Shown here one piece after another: positions 50,894 to 60,912 of a DNA stretch of 64,000 nucleotides (the first letter of the stretch is position 1; every line of letters begins with the position of its first letter). The position numbers and the translations under genes were made by a program. The DNA lies in the NCBI RefSeq assembly GCF_053078305.1, contig NZ_CP166879.1; one strand, 5' to 3'. The notes under the pieces are model-generated. The model saw nothing but the letters and a program-made list of their open reading frames with translations, made no database searches and was not told the origin of the DNA.

Positions 50894-52057
50894 GTGGAAC
50901 AGATTAATTCAAATAAAAAACATTCTAACAGAAGAAAATACTTTTCTTTATTGGCGATAGTTTTATTTATTGCGTTTTCAGGTGCTTATGCCTATTGGTC
51001 AATGGAATTAGAAGACATGATTAGTACAGATGACGCCTATGTCACGGGGAATGCAGATCCAATTTCTGCACAAGTCTCAGGTAGTGTCACTGTAGTTAAT
51101 CATAAAGATACGAACTACGTTCGACAGGGTGACATTTTAGTTTCACTGGATAAAACTGATGCCACTATCGCACTCAATAAAGCTAAAAATAATCTGGCAA
51201 ATATTGTTCGGCAAACGAATAAACTGTACTTACAGGATAAACAATACAGTGCCGAAGTCGCTTCAGCACGTATTCAGTATCAACAATCTTTAGAAGATTA
51301 TAACCGTCGTGTGCCTTTAGCGAAGCAGGGGGTTATTTCAAAAGAAACGCTGGAGCATACCAAAGATACGTTAATAAGTAGCAAAGCGGCATTGAATGCC
51401 GCTATCCAGGCTTATAAAGCGAATAAAGCTTTAGTAATGAACACACCATTAAACCGTCAGCCACAAGTCGTTGAAGCTGCGGATGCAACCAAAGAAGCCT
51501 GGTTGGCGCTTAAACGTACGGATATTAAGAGTCCGGTTACCGGCTATATTGCCCAGAGAAGTGTTCAGGTCGGCGAAACAGTGAGCCCCGGACAATCGTT
51601 AATGGCTGTCGTACCGGCACGTCAAATGTGGGTTAATGCCAACTTTAAAGAAACACAACTCACGGATGTACGGATTGGTCAATCGGTCAATATTATCAGC
51701 GATCTTTATGGTGAAAATGTTGTGTTTCATGGCCGGGTGACAGGGATCAATATGGGAACCGGCAATGCGTTCTCCTTATTACCTGCACAAAATGCGACAG
51801 GGAACTGGATCAAAATCGTTCAGCGTGTACCGGTTGAAGTTTCTCTTGATCCAAAAGAACTCATGGAACACCCCTTGCGCATTGGTTTATCGATGACTGC
51901 AACTATTGATACGAAGGACGAAGACATTGCTGAGATGCCTGATCTGGCTTCAACCGTGACCTCCATGCCTGCTTATACCAGTAAGGCTTTAGTTATCGAT
52001 ACCAGTCCGATAGAAAAAGAAATTAGCAACATTATTTCGCATAATGGACAACTTTAA
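50894..52057 (+). CDS. emrK: multidrug efflux membrane fusion protein (EmrA-like)
   Basis: 387 aa; N-terminal TM anchor, HlyD-family coiled-coil/lipoyl regions; divergent from evgA. Confidence 0.9.
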   Translation: MEQINSNKKHSNRRKYFSLLAIVLFIAFSGAYAYWSMELEDMISTDDAYVTGNADPISAQVSGSVTVVNHKDTNYVRQGDILVSLDKTDATIALNKAKNNLANIVRQTNKLYLQDKQYSAEVASARIQYQQSLEDYNRRVPLAKQGVISKETLEHTKDTLISSKAALNAAIQAYKANKALVMNTPLNRQPQVVEAADATKEAWLALKRTDIKSPVTGYIAQRSVQVGETVSPGQSLMAVVPARQMWVNANFKETQLTDVRIGQSVNIISDLYGENVVFHGRVTGINMGTGNAFSLLPAQNATGNWIKIVQRVPVEVSLDPKELMEHPLRIGLSMTATIDTKDEDIAEMPDLASTVTSMPAYTSKALVIDTSPIEKEISNIISHNGQL

Positions 52058-53595
52058 TGGCAATCACTAAATCAACTCCAGCACCATTAACCGGTGGGAC
52101 GTTATGGTGCGTCACTATTGCATTGTCATTAGCGACGTTTATGCAAATGTTGGATTCCACTATTTCTAACGTCGCAATACCGACAATATCTGGCTTTCTG
52201 GGAGCATCAACAGACGAAGGCACCTGGGTTATCACCTCGTTTGGCGTAGCAAATGCCATTGCGATCCCTGTTACCGGCAGGCTGGCACAAAGAATAGGCG
52301 AATTAAGGTTATTTTTACTTTCAGTCACTTTTTTTTCGCTGTCTTCCTTAATGTGTAGTTTATCGACCAATCTTGATGTGTTGATATTTTTTAGAGTCGT
52401 TCAGGGGTTAATGGCAGGGCCGTTAATTCCACTGTCACAGAGTTTATTATTAAGGAATTATCCACCAGAAAAAAGAACATTTGCTCTGGCATTATGGTCA
52501 ATGACCGTGATTATAGCTCCGATATGTGGGCCGATATTAGGCGGATATATTTGCGATAACTTTAGCTGGGGTTGGATATTTTTAATCAATGTCCCTATGG
52601 GTATTATCGTCCTGACATTATGCTTAACCTTACTTAAAGGAAGAGAAACTGAGACTTCACCGGTCAAAATGAATCTACCAGGACTGACCCTGTTAGTGCT
52701 CGGTGTTGGTGGCTTGCAAATTATGCTTGATAAAGGGCGCGATCTGGATTGGTTCAACTCGAGTACAATAATAATATTAACAGTAGTATCAGTTATTTCT
52801 CTGATCTCTTTAGTCATTTGGGAGTCGACCTCAGAGAACCCGATTCTTGATCTCAGTTTGTTTAAGTCCCGTAATTTCACCATTGGTATAGTGAGTATCA
52901 CATGCGCGTATTTATTTTACTCTGGAGCGATCGTCCTTATGCCGCAGTTACTCCAGGAAACGATGGGGTATAATGCGATATGGGCCGGACTTGCTTATGC
53001 GCCCATCGGCATCATGCCACTATTAATTTCACCTTTGATAGGACGTTATGGCAACAAAATAGACATGCGGTTGTTAGTGACATTTAGTTTTTTGATGTAT
53101 GCGGTTTGCTATTACTGGCGTTCTGTGACATTTATGCCAACGATTGATTTTACAGGCATCATTTTGCCACAGTTTTTCCAGGGGTTCGCCGTTGCCTGTT
53201 TCTTTTTACCCTTAACAACGATTTCGTTTTCAGGGTTGCCAGATAATAAATTTGCCAATGCCTCGAGTATGAGTAATTTTTTTCGTACCTTGTCAGGATC
53301 AGTTGGTACGTCGTTGACAATGACGCTGTGGGGGCGACGCGAATCGTTACACCATAGTCAGTTGACAGCAACCATCGATCAATTTAACCCTGTGTTTAAT
53401 TCATCGTCACAAATTATGGATAAATACTATGGTTCGCTTTCAGGAGTTCTTAATGAAATTAATAATGAAATAACCCAGCAGTCACTTTCTATTTCTGCAA
53501 ATGAGATTTTCCGTATGGCGGCTATTGCTTTTATCTTACTTACGGTTTTGGTTTGGTTTGCGAAACCGCCGTTTACAGCGAAAGGCGTTGGGTGA
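52057..53595 (+). CDS. emrY: MFS multidrug efflux transporter (EmrB-like, 14-TM)
   Basis: 512 aa MFS ORF; start overlaps emrK stop (TAATGG). Confidence 0.9.
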   Translation: MAITKSTPAPLTGGTLWCVTIALSLATFMQMLDSTISNVAIPTISGFLGASTDEGTWVITSFGVANAIAIPVTGRLAQRIGELRLFLLSVTFFSLSSLMCSLSTNLDVLIFFRVVQGLMAGPLIPLSQSLLLRNYPPEKRTFALALWSMTVIIAPICGPILGGYICDNFSWGWIFLINVPMGIIVLTLCLTLLKGRETETSPVKMNLPGLTLLVLGVGGLQIMLDKGRDLDWFNSSTIIILTVVSVISLISLVIWESTSENPILDLSLFKSRNFTIGIVSITCAYLFYSGAIVLMPQLLQETMGYNAIWAGLAYAPIGIMPLLISPLIGRYGNKIDMRLLVTFSFLMYAVCYYWRSVTFMPTIDFTGIILPQFFQGFAVACFFLPLTTISFSGLPDNKFANASSMSNFFRTLSGSVGTSLTMTLWGRRESLHHSQLTATIDQFNPVFNSSSQIMDKYYGSLSGVLNEINNEITQQSLSISANEIFRMAAIAFILLTVLVWFAKPPFTAKGVG

Positions 53596-53702
53596 TGGTA
53601 AAAGCAGGGGGTTATAGCGGGTAAGACCGGGGATCTTAAGTCTGCGCCATCGGCAGCATCGCTCACCCAGGGAAAGGATGGCGATGCTGCGTTGAAATGT
53701 TA

Positions 53703-55031
53703 TTAACGGCCTTTTGCCAGATATTGCTCCATCTCTTCTTCCGGCACCATTCCACCTCCCGTCGCCCACACCAGATGAGTGGTATTACGCAGTTGTTCTG
53801 CGCTGAAACCGTGCATCTGTTGGTAACTTACTGATGCACACACGCGCTGAGGTCCGGCCATACCCGCCAGTGCCGAAGGTTCAAGACGAATACCTTCTTC
53901 CTGCGCCAGCCAGCCAAGCATGTCATACATGGTTTGATCGCTAAGGGTATAGAAGCCATCCAGCAGACGCTCCATTGCCCGCCCGACAAAGCCTGATGCG
54001 CGACCAACTGCAAGGCCATCCGCTGCGGTAAGGTTGTCGATACCAATATCCTGAACAGAAATCTGATCGTGTAATCCTGTATGGACGCCTAACAACATAC
54101 AAGGGGAGTGCGTTGGTTCGGCAAAAAAGCAGTGAACATGATCGCCAAACGCCAGTTTAAGCCCGAATGCGACGCCACCAGGACCACCGCCAACACCACA
54201 CGGCAGATAGACAAACAGAGGGTTATCAGCATCGACGATACGGCCTTGCTGGGCAAATTGCGCTTTAAGACGCTGGCCAGCGACGGAATACCCAAGGAAC
54301 AACGTGCGGGAATTTTCGTCATCAATAAAGAAACAGTTCGGGTCAGACTGCGCTGCTTTACGTCCTTCCTCGACGGCAACACCATAATCTTGCTCATATT
54401 CCACGACCGTAACGCCATGGCTGCGCAGTTTCGCTTTTTTCCATGCCCGGGCATCAGCAGACATATGCACTGTCACCTTAAAGCCAATGCGGGCGCTCAT
54501 AATGCCGATTGATAACCCCAGATTTCCGGTTGAGCCCACAGCAATGCTGTATTGGCTAAAGAACTGTTTAAACTCCGGAGAAAGCAGTTTGCTGTAGTCA
54601 TCATCAAGCGTCAGCAACCCCGCTTCCAGAGCCAGTTTTTCTGCGTGTGCCAGGACTTCATAAATCCCGCCGCGTGCTTTTATGGAGCCGGAAATGGGCA
54701 AATGGCTATCTTTTTTCAGTAACAGTTGCCCGCTGATCGGTTGTTGATATTCCTTTTCCAGCCGTTTTTGCATAGCCGGAATGGCAACCAGTTCTGATTC
54801 AATAATCCCCCCAGTGGCAGCAGTTTCAGGAAATGCTTTTGCCAGATAGGGTGCAAAACGGGATAAGCGCGCATGGGCGTCCTGAACATCCTGTTCGGTC
54901 AGGCCAACATAAGGTAAACCTTCAGCCAATGAGGTCGTGCCAGGATTAAACCAGGTGGTTTCTTTAAGAGCAACCAGATCCTTTACCAACGGATACTGGG
55001 CGATGAGCGAGTTCATTTTAGCGTTTTCCAT
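53703..55031 (-). CDS. dsdA: D-serine ammonia-lyase (D-serine dehydratase)
   Basis: 442 aa PLP enzyme [31 protein letters not shown]..., PLP lysine in SGSIKARGG. Confidence 0.93.
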   Translation of the reverse strand: MENAKMNSLIAQYPLVKDLVALKETTWFNPGTTSLAEGLPYVGLTEQDVQDAHARLSRFAPYLAKAFPETAATGGIIESELVAIPAMQKRLEKEYQQPISGQLLLKKDSHLPISGSIKARGGIYEVLAHAEKLALEAGLLTLDDDYSKLLSPEFKQFFSQYSIAVGSTGNLGLSIGIMSARIGFKVTVHMSADARAWKKAKLRSHGVTVVEYEQDYGVAVEEGRKAAQSDPNCFFIDDENSRTLFLGYSVAGQRLKAQFAQQGRIVDADNPLFVYLPCGVGGGPGGVAFGLKLAFGDHVHCFFAEPTHSPCMLLGVHTGLHDQISVQDIGIDNLTAADGLAVGRASGFVGRAMERLLDGFYTLSDQTMYDMLGWLAQEEGIRLEPSALAGMAGPQRVCASVSYQQMHGFSAEQLRNTTHLVWATGGGMVPEEEMEQYLAKGR

Positions 55032-55048
55032 AGTACGTCTCTTTGCGC

Positions 55049-55279
55049 TTAGATGATAAATGACAGCAGGAATGTGCCCGCCAGAGCGACGACTGAAGCG
55101 ATAAATGTCGCTGTCGTATAGTATTTAAATGTTTCATTGAGCGTAGCGCCGCAATATTGCTTCACCAGCCAGAAAAGCGAGTCCGTAACGATCGTGCAGC
55201 CAATCGCGCCTGAACCGATAGCAATCGCAATAATTTCCGGGCTGATGTCGGGATACAGCGGCAGCACAATGATCCATAT
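55049..55279 (-). pseudogene. dsdX: 3'-terminal remnant of D-serine permease gene dsdX (GntP family)
   Basis: Only the last ~72 codons of a GntP-type permease are present immediately upstream of dsdA; reading frame is closed by a stop at 55280-55282. Confidence 0.7.
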
Positions 55280-55373
55280 TTATATTTTCTTCTCCAGGTT
55301 GGCGATGCCAGTTGGCATGTTTTACTTACTTGCCTATATGGTTACTCGTTGGCGAGAACAGAGGCGGAATTGG

Positions 55374-55385
55374 GGACAATTGTCC
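55374..55385. promoter_or_regulatory. perfect 12-bp palindrome upstream of cscR
   Basis: GGACAATTGTCC about 110 bp upstream of cscR start; candidate operator. Confidence 0.25.
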
Positions 55386-55497
55386 GGGAATTATTGTTAT
55401 TTTTTATTGTATTGCCGTGTCAGGTGATAGGGCGTTGGATCTCGCCAGTGACGTCTGTTTCTGCTACAGTGCCCGTTTTACGGCAAACGGCTTGGGT

Positions 55498-56493
55498 ATG
55501 GCTTCATTAAAGGATGTCGCACGCCTGGCGGGAGTGTCGATGATGACAGTCTCCCGGGTGATGCATAATGCAGAATCTGTGCGTCCTGCAACGCGTGACC
55601 GCGTATTGCAGGCAATCCAGACCCTGAATTATGTTCCTGATCTTTCCGCCCGTAAGATGCGCGCTCAAGGACGTAAGCCGTCGACTCTCGCCGTGCTGGC
55701 GCAGGACACTGCTACCACTCCTTTCTCTGTTGATATTCTGCTTGCCATTGAGCAAACCGCCAGCGAGTTCGGCTGGAATAGTTTTTTAATCAATATTTTT
55801 TCTGAAGATGACGCTGCCCGCGCGGCACGTCAGCTGCTTGCCCACCGTCCGGATGGCATTATCTATACTACAATGGGGCTGCGACATATCACGCTACCTG
55901 AGTCTCTGTATGGTGAAAATATTGTATTGGCGAACTGTGTGGCGGATGACCCAGCGTTACCCAGTTATATCCCTGATGATTACACTGCACAATATGAATC
56001 AACACAGCATTTGCTCGCGGCGGGCTATCGTCAACCGTTATGCTTCTGGCTACCGGAAAGTGCGTTGGCAACAGGGTATCGTCGGCAGGGATTTGAGCAG
56101 GCCTGGCGTGATGCTGGACGAGATCTGGCTGAGGTGAAACAATTTCACATGGCAACAGGTGATGATCACTACACCGATCTCGCAAGTTTACTCAATGACC
56201 ACTTCAAATCGGGCAAACCAGATTTTGATGTTCTGATATGTGGTAACGATCGCGCAGCCTTTGTGGCTTATCAGGTTCTCCTGGCTAAGGGGGTACGTAT
56301 CCCGCAGGATGTCGCCGTAATGGGCTTTGATAATCTGGTTGGCGTCGGGCATCTGTTTTTACCGCCGCTGACCACAATTCAGCTTCCACATGACATTATC
56401 GGGCGGGAAGCTGCATTGCATATTATTGAAGGTCGTGAAGGGGGAAGTGTGACGCGGATCCCTTGCCCGCTGTTGATCCGTTGTTCCACCTGA
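55498..56493 (+). CDS. cscR: LacI-family sucrose operon repressor
   Basis: 331 aa from MASLKDVARLAGVSMMTVSRVMHN (LacI HTH); the track ORF from 55312 is an upstream extension. Confidence 0.85.
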   Translation: MASLKDVARLAGVSMMTVSRVMHNAESVRPATRDRVLQAIQTLNYVPDLSARKMRAQGRKPSTLAVLAQDTATTPFSVDILLAIEQTASEFGWNSFLINIFSEDDAARAARQLLAHRPDGIIYTTMGLRHITLPESLYGENIVLANCVADDPALPSYIPDDYTAQYESTQHLLAAGYRQPLCFWLPESALATGYRRQGFEQAWRDAGRDLAEVKQFHMATGDDHYTDLASLLNDHFKSGKPDFDVLICGNDRAAFVAYQVLLAKGVRIPQDVAVMGFDNLVGVGHLFLPPLTTIQLPHDIIGREAALHIIEGREGGSVTRIPCPLLIRCST

Positions 56494-56500
56494 TATTATG

Positions 56501-57934
56501 TTAACCCAGTTGCCAGAGTGCTCCATGTTGCACCACAGCCACTCCGTGGGAGGCATAAAGCGACAGTTCCCGTTCTTCTGGCTGCGGATAGATTCGACTA
56601 CTCATCACCGCTTCCCCGTCGTTAATAAATACTTCCACGGATGATGTATCGATAAATATCCTTAGGGCGAGCGTGTCACGCTGCGGGAGGGGAATACTAC
56701 GGTAGCCGTCTAAATTCTCGTGTGGGTAATACCGCCACAAAACAAGTCGCTCAGATTGGTTATCAATATACAGCCGCATTCCAATGCCGAGCTGTAATCC
56801 GTAATGTTCGGCATCACTGTTCTTCAGCGCCCACTGCAACTGAATCTCAACTGCTTGCGCGTTTTCCTGCAAAACATATTTATTGCTGATTGTGCGGGGA
56901 GAGATAGATTGATGCTGCTGGCGTAACGACTCAGCTTCGTGTACCGGGCGTTGTAGGAGTTTGCCATTGCTCTCTGATAGCTCGCGCGCCAGCGTCATGC
57001 AGCCTGCCCAGCCTTCACGTTTTGAGGGCATTGGCGATTCCCACATATCCATCCAGCCGATAACAATACGCCGACCATCCTTCGCTACAAAGCTTTGTGG
57101 TGCATAAAAGTCATGCCCGTTATCAAGTTCAGTAAAATGCCCGGATTGTGCAAAAAGTCGTCCTGGCGACCACATTCCGGGTATTACGCCACTTTGAAAG
57201 CGATTTCGGTAACTGTATCCCTCGGCATTCATTCCCTGCGGGGAAAACATCAGATAATGCTGATCGCCAAGGCTGAAAAAGTCCGGACATTCCCACATAT
57301 AGCTTTCACCCGCATCAGCGTGGGCCAGTACGCGATCGAAAGTCCATTCACGTAATGAACTGCCGCGATAAAGCAGGATCTGCCCCGTGTTGCCTGGGTC
57401 TTTCGCCCCGACTACCATCCACCATGTGTCGGCTTCACGCCACACTTTAGGATCGCGGAAGTGCATGATTCCTTCTGGTGGAGTGAGGATCACACCCTGT
57501 TTCTCGAAATGAATACCATCCCGACTGGTAGCCAGACATTGTACTTCGCGAATTGCATCGTCATTACCTGCACCATCGAGCCAGACGTGTCCGGTGTAGA
57601 TAAGTGAGAGGACACCATTGTCATCGACAGCACTACCTGAAAAACACCCGTCTTTGTCATTATCGTCTCCTGGCGCTAGCGCAATAGGCTCATGCTGCCA
57701 GTGGATCATATCGTCGCTGGTGGCATGTCCCCAGTGCATTGGCCCCCAGTGTTCGCTCATTGGGTGATGTTGATAAAACGCGTGATAACGATCGTTAAAC
57801 CAGATCAGGCCGTTTGGATCGTTCATCCACCCGGCAGGAGGCGCGAGGTGAAAATGGGGATAGAAAGTGTTACCCCGGTGCTCATGAAGTTTTGCTAGTG
57901 CGTTTTGCGCCGCATGCAATCGAGATTGCGTCAT
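56501..57934 (-). CDS. cscA: sucrose-6-phosphate hydrolase / invertase (GH32)
   Basis: 477 aa from MTQSRLH...; GH32 motifs WMNDPNG, FRDPKV, WECPD. Confidence 0.88.
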   Translation of the reverse strand: MTQSRLHAAQNALAKLHEHRGNTFYPHFHLAPPAGWMNDPNGLIWFNDRYHAFYQHHPMSEHWGPMHWGHATSDDMIHWQHEPIALAPGDDNDKDGCFSGSAVDDNGVLSLIYTGHVWLDGAGNDDAIREVQCLATSRDGIHFEKQGVILTPPEGIMHFRDPKVWREADTWWMVVGAKDPGNTGQILLYRGSSLREWTFDRVLAHADAGESYMWECPDFFSLGDQHYLMFSPQGMNAEGYSYRNRFQSGVIPGMWSPGRLFAQSGHFTELDNGHDFYAPQSFVAKDGRRIVIGWMDMWESPMPSKREGWAGCMTLARELSESNGKLLQRPVHEAESLRQQHQSISPRTISNKYVLQENAQAVEIQLQWALKNSDAEHYGLQLGIGMRLYIDNQSERLVLWRYYPHENLDGYRSIPLPQRDTLALRIFIDTSSVEVFINDGEAVMSSRIYPQPEERELSLYASHGVAVVQHGALWQLG

Positions 57935-57966
57935 TTTAATCATCCTGGTTAAGCAAATTTGGTGAA

Positions 57967-58044
57967 TTGTTAACGTTAACTTTTATAAAAATAAAGTCCC
58001 TTACTTTCATAAATGCGATGAATATCACAAATGTTAACGTTAAC
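57967..58044. promoter_or_regulatory. cscA / cscKB divergent control region with two copies of a LacI-type operator palindrome
   Basis: TGTTAACGTTAAC occurs at 57967-57980 and 58032-58044 (core GTTAACGTTAAC is palindromic). Confidence 0.55.
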
Positions 58045-58149
58045 TATGACATTTTGTGATCGAATATGCATGTTTTAGTAAATCCATGACGATTTTGCGA
58101 AAAAGAGGTTTATCACTATGCGTAAGTCAGATGAATTTAAGGGAAAAAA

Positions 58150-59064
58150 ATGTCAGCCAAAGTATGGGTTTTAGGGGATGCGGTAGTAGATCTCTTGCCA
58201 GAATCAGACGGGCGCCTACTGCCTTGTCCTGGCGGCGCGCCAGCTAACGTTGCGGTGGGAATCGCCAGATTAGGCGGAATAAGTGGGTTTATAGGTCGGG
58301 TCGGTGATGATCCTTTTGGTGCGTTAATGCAAAGAACGCTGCTAACTGAGGGAGTCGATATCACGTATCTGAAGCAAGATGAATGGCACCGGACATCCAC
58401 GGTGCTTGTCGATCTGAACGATCAAGGGGAACGTTCATTTACGTTTATGGTCCGCCCCAGTGCCGATCTTTTTTTAGAGACGACAGACTTGCCCTGCTGG
58501 CGACATGGCGAATGGTTACATCTCTGTTCAATTGCGTTGTCTGCCGAGCCTTCGCGTACCAGCGCATTTACTGCGATGACTGCGATCCGGCATGCCGGAG
58601 GTTTTGTCAGCTTCGATCCCAATATTCGTGAAGATCTATGGCAAGACGAGCATTTGCTCCGCTTGTGTTTGCGGCAGGCGCTACAACTGGCGGATGTCGT
58701 CAAGCTCTCGGAAGAAGAATGGCGACTTATCAGTGGAAAAACACAGAACGATCGGAATATATGCGCCCTGGCAAAAGAGTATGAGATCGCCATGCTGTTG
58801 GTGACTAAAGGTGCAGAAGGGGTGGTGGTCTGTTATCGAGGACAAGTTCACCATTTTGCTGGAATGTCTGTGAATTGTGTCGATAGCACGGGGGCGGGAG
58901 ATGCGTTCGTTGCCGGGTTACTCACAGGTCTGTCCTCTACGGGATTATCTACAGATGAGAGAGGAATGCGACGAATTATCGATCTCGCTCAACGTTGCGG
59001 AGCGCTTGCAGTAACGGCGAAAGGGGCAATGACAGCGCTGCCATGTCGACAAGAACTGGAATAG
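58150..59064 (+). CDS. cscK: fructokinase (ribokinase/pfkB family)
   Basis: 304 aa; pfkB motifs (VVDLLPE..., DSTGAGDAFVAGLL). Confidence 0.88.
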   Translation: MSAKVWVLGDAVVDLLPESDGRLLPCPGGAPANVAVGIARLGGISGFIGRVGDDPFGALMQRTLLTEGVDITYLKQDEWHRTSTVLVDLNDQGERSFTFMVRPSADLFLETTDLPCWRHGEWLHLCSIALSAEPSRTSAFTAMTAIRHAGGFVSFDPNIREDLWQDEHLLRLCLRQALQLADVVKLSEEEWRLISGKTQNDRNICALAKEYEIAMLLVTKGAEGVVVCYRGQVHHFAGMSVNCVDSTGAGDAFVAGLLTGLSSTGLSTDERGMRRIIDLAQRCGALAVTAKGAMTALPCRQELE

Positions 59065-59135
59065 TGAGAAGTAAACGGCGAAGTCGCTCTTATCTCTAAA
59101 TAGGACGTGAATTTTTTAACGACAGGCAGGTAATT

Positions 59136-60383
59136 ATGGCACTGAATATCCCATTCAGAAATGCGTACTATCGTTTTGCATCCAGTTACTCATTTCTCTT
59201 TTTTATTTCCTGGTCGCTGTGGTGGTCGTTATACGCTATTTGGCTGAAAGGACATCTAGGGTTGACAGGGACGGAATTAGGTACACTTTATTCGGTCAAC
59301 CAGTTTACCAGCATTCTATTTATGATGTTCTACGGCATCGTTCAGGATAAACTCGGTCTGAAGAAACCGCTCATCTGGTGTATGAGTTTTATCCTGATCT
59401 TGACCGGACCGTTTATGATTTACGTTTATGAACCGTTACTGCAAAGCAATTTTTCTGTAGGTTTAATTCTGGGGGCGCTCTTTTTTGGCCTGGGGTATCT
59501 GGCGGGATGCGGTTTGCTTGACAGCTTCACCGAAAAAATGGCGCGAAATTTTCATTTCGAATATGGAACAGCGCGCGCCTGGGGATCTTTTGGCTATGCT
59601 ATTGGCGCGTTCTTTGCCGGCATATTTTTTAGTATCAGTCCCCATATTAACTTCTGGTTGGTCTCGCTATTTGGCGCTGTATTTATGATGATCAACATGT
59701 GTTTTAAAGATAAGGATCACCAGTGCGTAGCGGCGGATGCGGGAGGGGTAAAAAAAGAGGATTTTATCGCAGTTTTCAAGGATCGAAACTTCTGGGTTTT
59801 CGTCATATTTATTGTTGGGACGTGGTCTTTCTATAACATTTTTGATCAACAACTTTTTCCTGTCTTTTATGCAGGTTTATTCGAATCACACGATGTAGGA
59901 ACGCGCCTGTATGGTTATCTCAACTCATTCCAGGTGGTACTCGAAGCGCTGTGCATGGCGATTATTCCGTTCTTTGTGAATCGGGTAGGGCCAAAAAATG
60001 CATTACTTATCGGTGTTGTGATTATGGCGTTGCGTATCCTTTCCTGCGCGCTGTTCGTTAACCCCTGGATTATTTCATTAGTGAAGCTGTTACATGCCAT
60101 TGAGGTTCCACTTTATGTCATATCCGTCTTCAAATACAGCGTGGCAAACTTTGATAAGCGCCTGTCGTCGACGATCTTTCTGATTGGTTTTCAAATTGCC
60201 AGTTCGCTTGGGATTGTGCTGCTTTCAACGCCGACTGGGATACTCTTTGACCACGCAGGCTACCAGACAGTTTTCTTCGCAATTTCGGGTATTGTCTGCC
60301 TGATGTTGCTATTTGGCATTTTCTTCCTGAGTAAAAAACGCGAGCAAATAGTTATGGAAACGCCTGTACCTTCAGCAATATAG
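59136..60383 (+). CDS. cscB: sucrose:H+ symporter (oligosaccharide:H+ symporter family, LacY-like)
   Basis: 415 aa 12-TM MFS ORF. Confidence 0.88.
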   Translation: MALNIPFRNAYYRFASSYSFLFFISWSLWWSLYAIWLKGHLGLTGTELGTLYSVNQFTSILFMMFYGIVQDKLGLKKPLIWCMSFILILTGPFMIYVYEPLLQSNFSVGLILGALFFGLGYLAGCGLLDSFTEKMARNFHFEYGTARAWGSFGYAIGAFFAGIFFSISPHINFWLVSLFGAVFMMINMCFKDKDHQCVAADAGGVKKEDFIAVFKDRNFWVFVIFIVGTWSFYNIFDQQLFPVFYAGLFESHDVGTRLYGYLNSFQVVLEALCMAIIPFFVNRVGPKNALLIGVVIMALRILSCALFVNPWIISLVKLLHAIEVPLYVISVFKYSVANFDKRLSSTIFLIGFQIASSLGIVLLSTPTGILFDHAGYQTVFFAISGIVCLMLLFGIFFLSKKREQIVMETPVPSAI

Positions 60384-60824
60384 ACGTAAACTTTTTCCGG
60401 TTGTTGTCGATATCTCCATATCCTTCAACCGGAAAATAATAATACTAAAATGCTTAGCCCTGCTAATAATCGCCTAATCCAAACACCTCATTCATGTTCT
60501 GGTACAGTCGCTCAAATGTACTCCGGATACACGGTTCGCTGATTTCCAGGACATTGTCGTCATTCAGCGACCTGTCGCGTGTATCACGGGCCTGCGAATT
60601 CATCAAGGAATGCATTGCGGAGTGAAGTATCGAGTCACGCCATATTTCGCTATCAGGATTCTGTGTGATGGTTACATCGCCCGGCCCAAGGCTGTTTAGT
60701 CATCAGCGCTTTCTGACAGTGCTGAGATTTCAACCTGTTGCAGTAAAAATGAGTAGATATAGGGCAAGTGTGCTGCCAAACCCATCGTTTACGGGATGAA
60801 GGTAGATTTGGTTTGAAGGGTATC

Positions 60825-60839
60825 TGGTGTCCCCTGCAG
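60825..60839 (-). other. prophage att core: copy of the 3' end of tRNA-Arg (argW-type)
   Basis: TGGTGTCCCCTGCAG is the reverse complement of ...CTGCAGGGGACACCA (3' acceptor end of tRNA-Arg-CCU as recalled); similarity stops after 15 nt, so this is a partial copy and not a tRNA gene. Confidence 0.5.
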
Positions 60840-60912
60840 ACATCTACTTGAAGCGGCAGGGGATTGATTGGAATGGTGTTTTTTAGATGTGAAAAATATT
60901 TTACCCGCTATT

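Larger units (their letters stand above)
55280..60440. other. csc sucrose-catabolism genomic island (cscR, cscA, cscK, cscB)
   Basis: Four-gene non-PTS sucrose regulon inserted at the dsdX truncation point; a terminator-like hairpin follows cscB. Confidence 0.8.

Noticed and set aside
55312-55497. 62-codon N-terminal extension of cscR
   Set aside because: The LacI-type HTH begins at the Met at 55498; the extension crosses the island junction and lacks homology.
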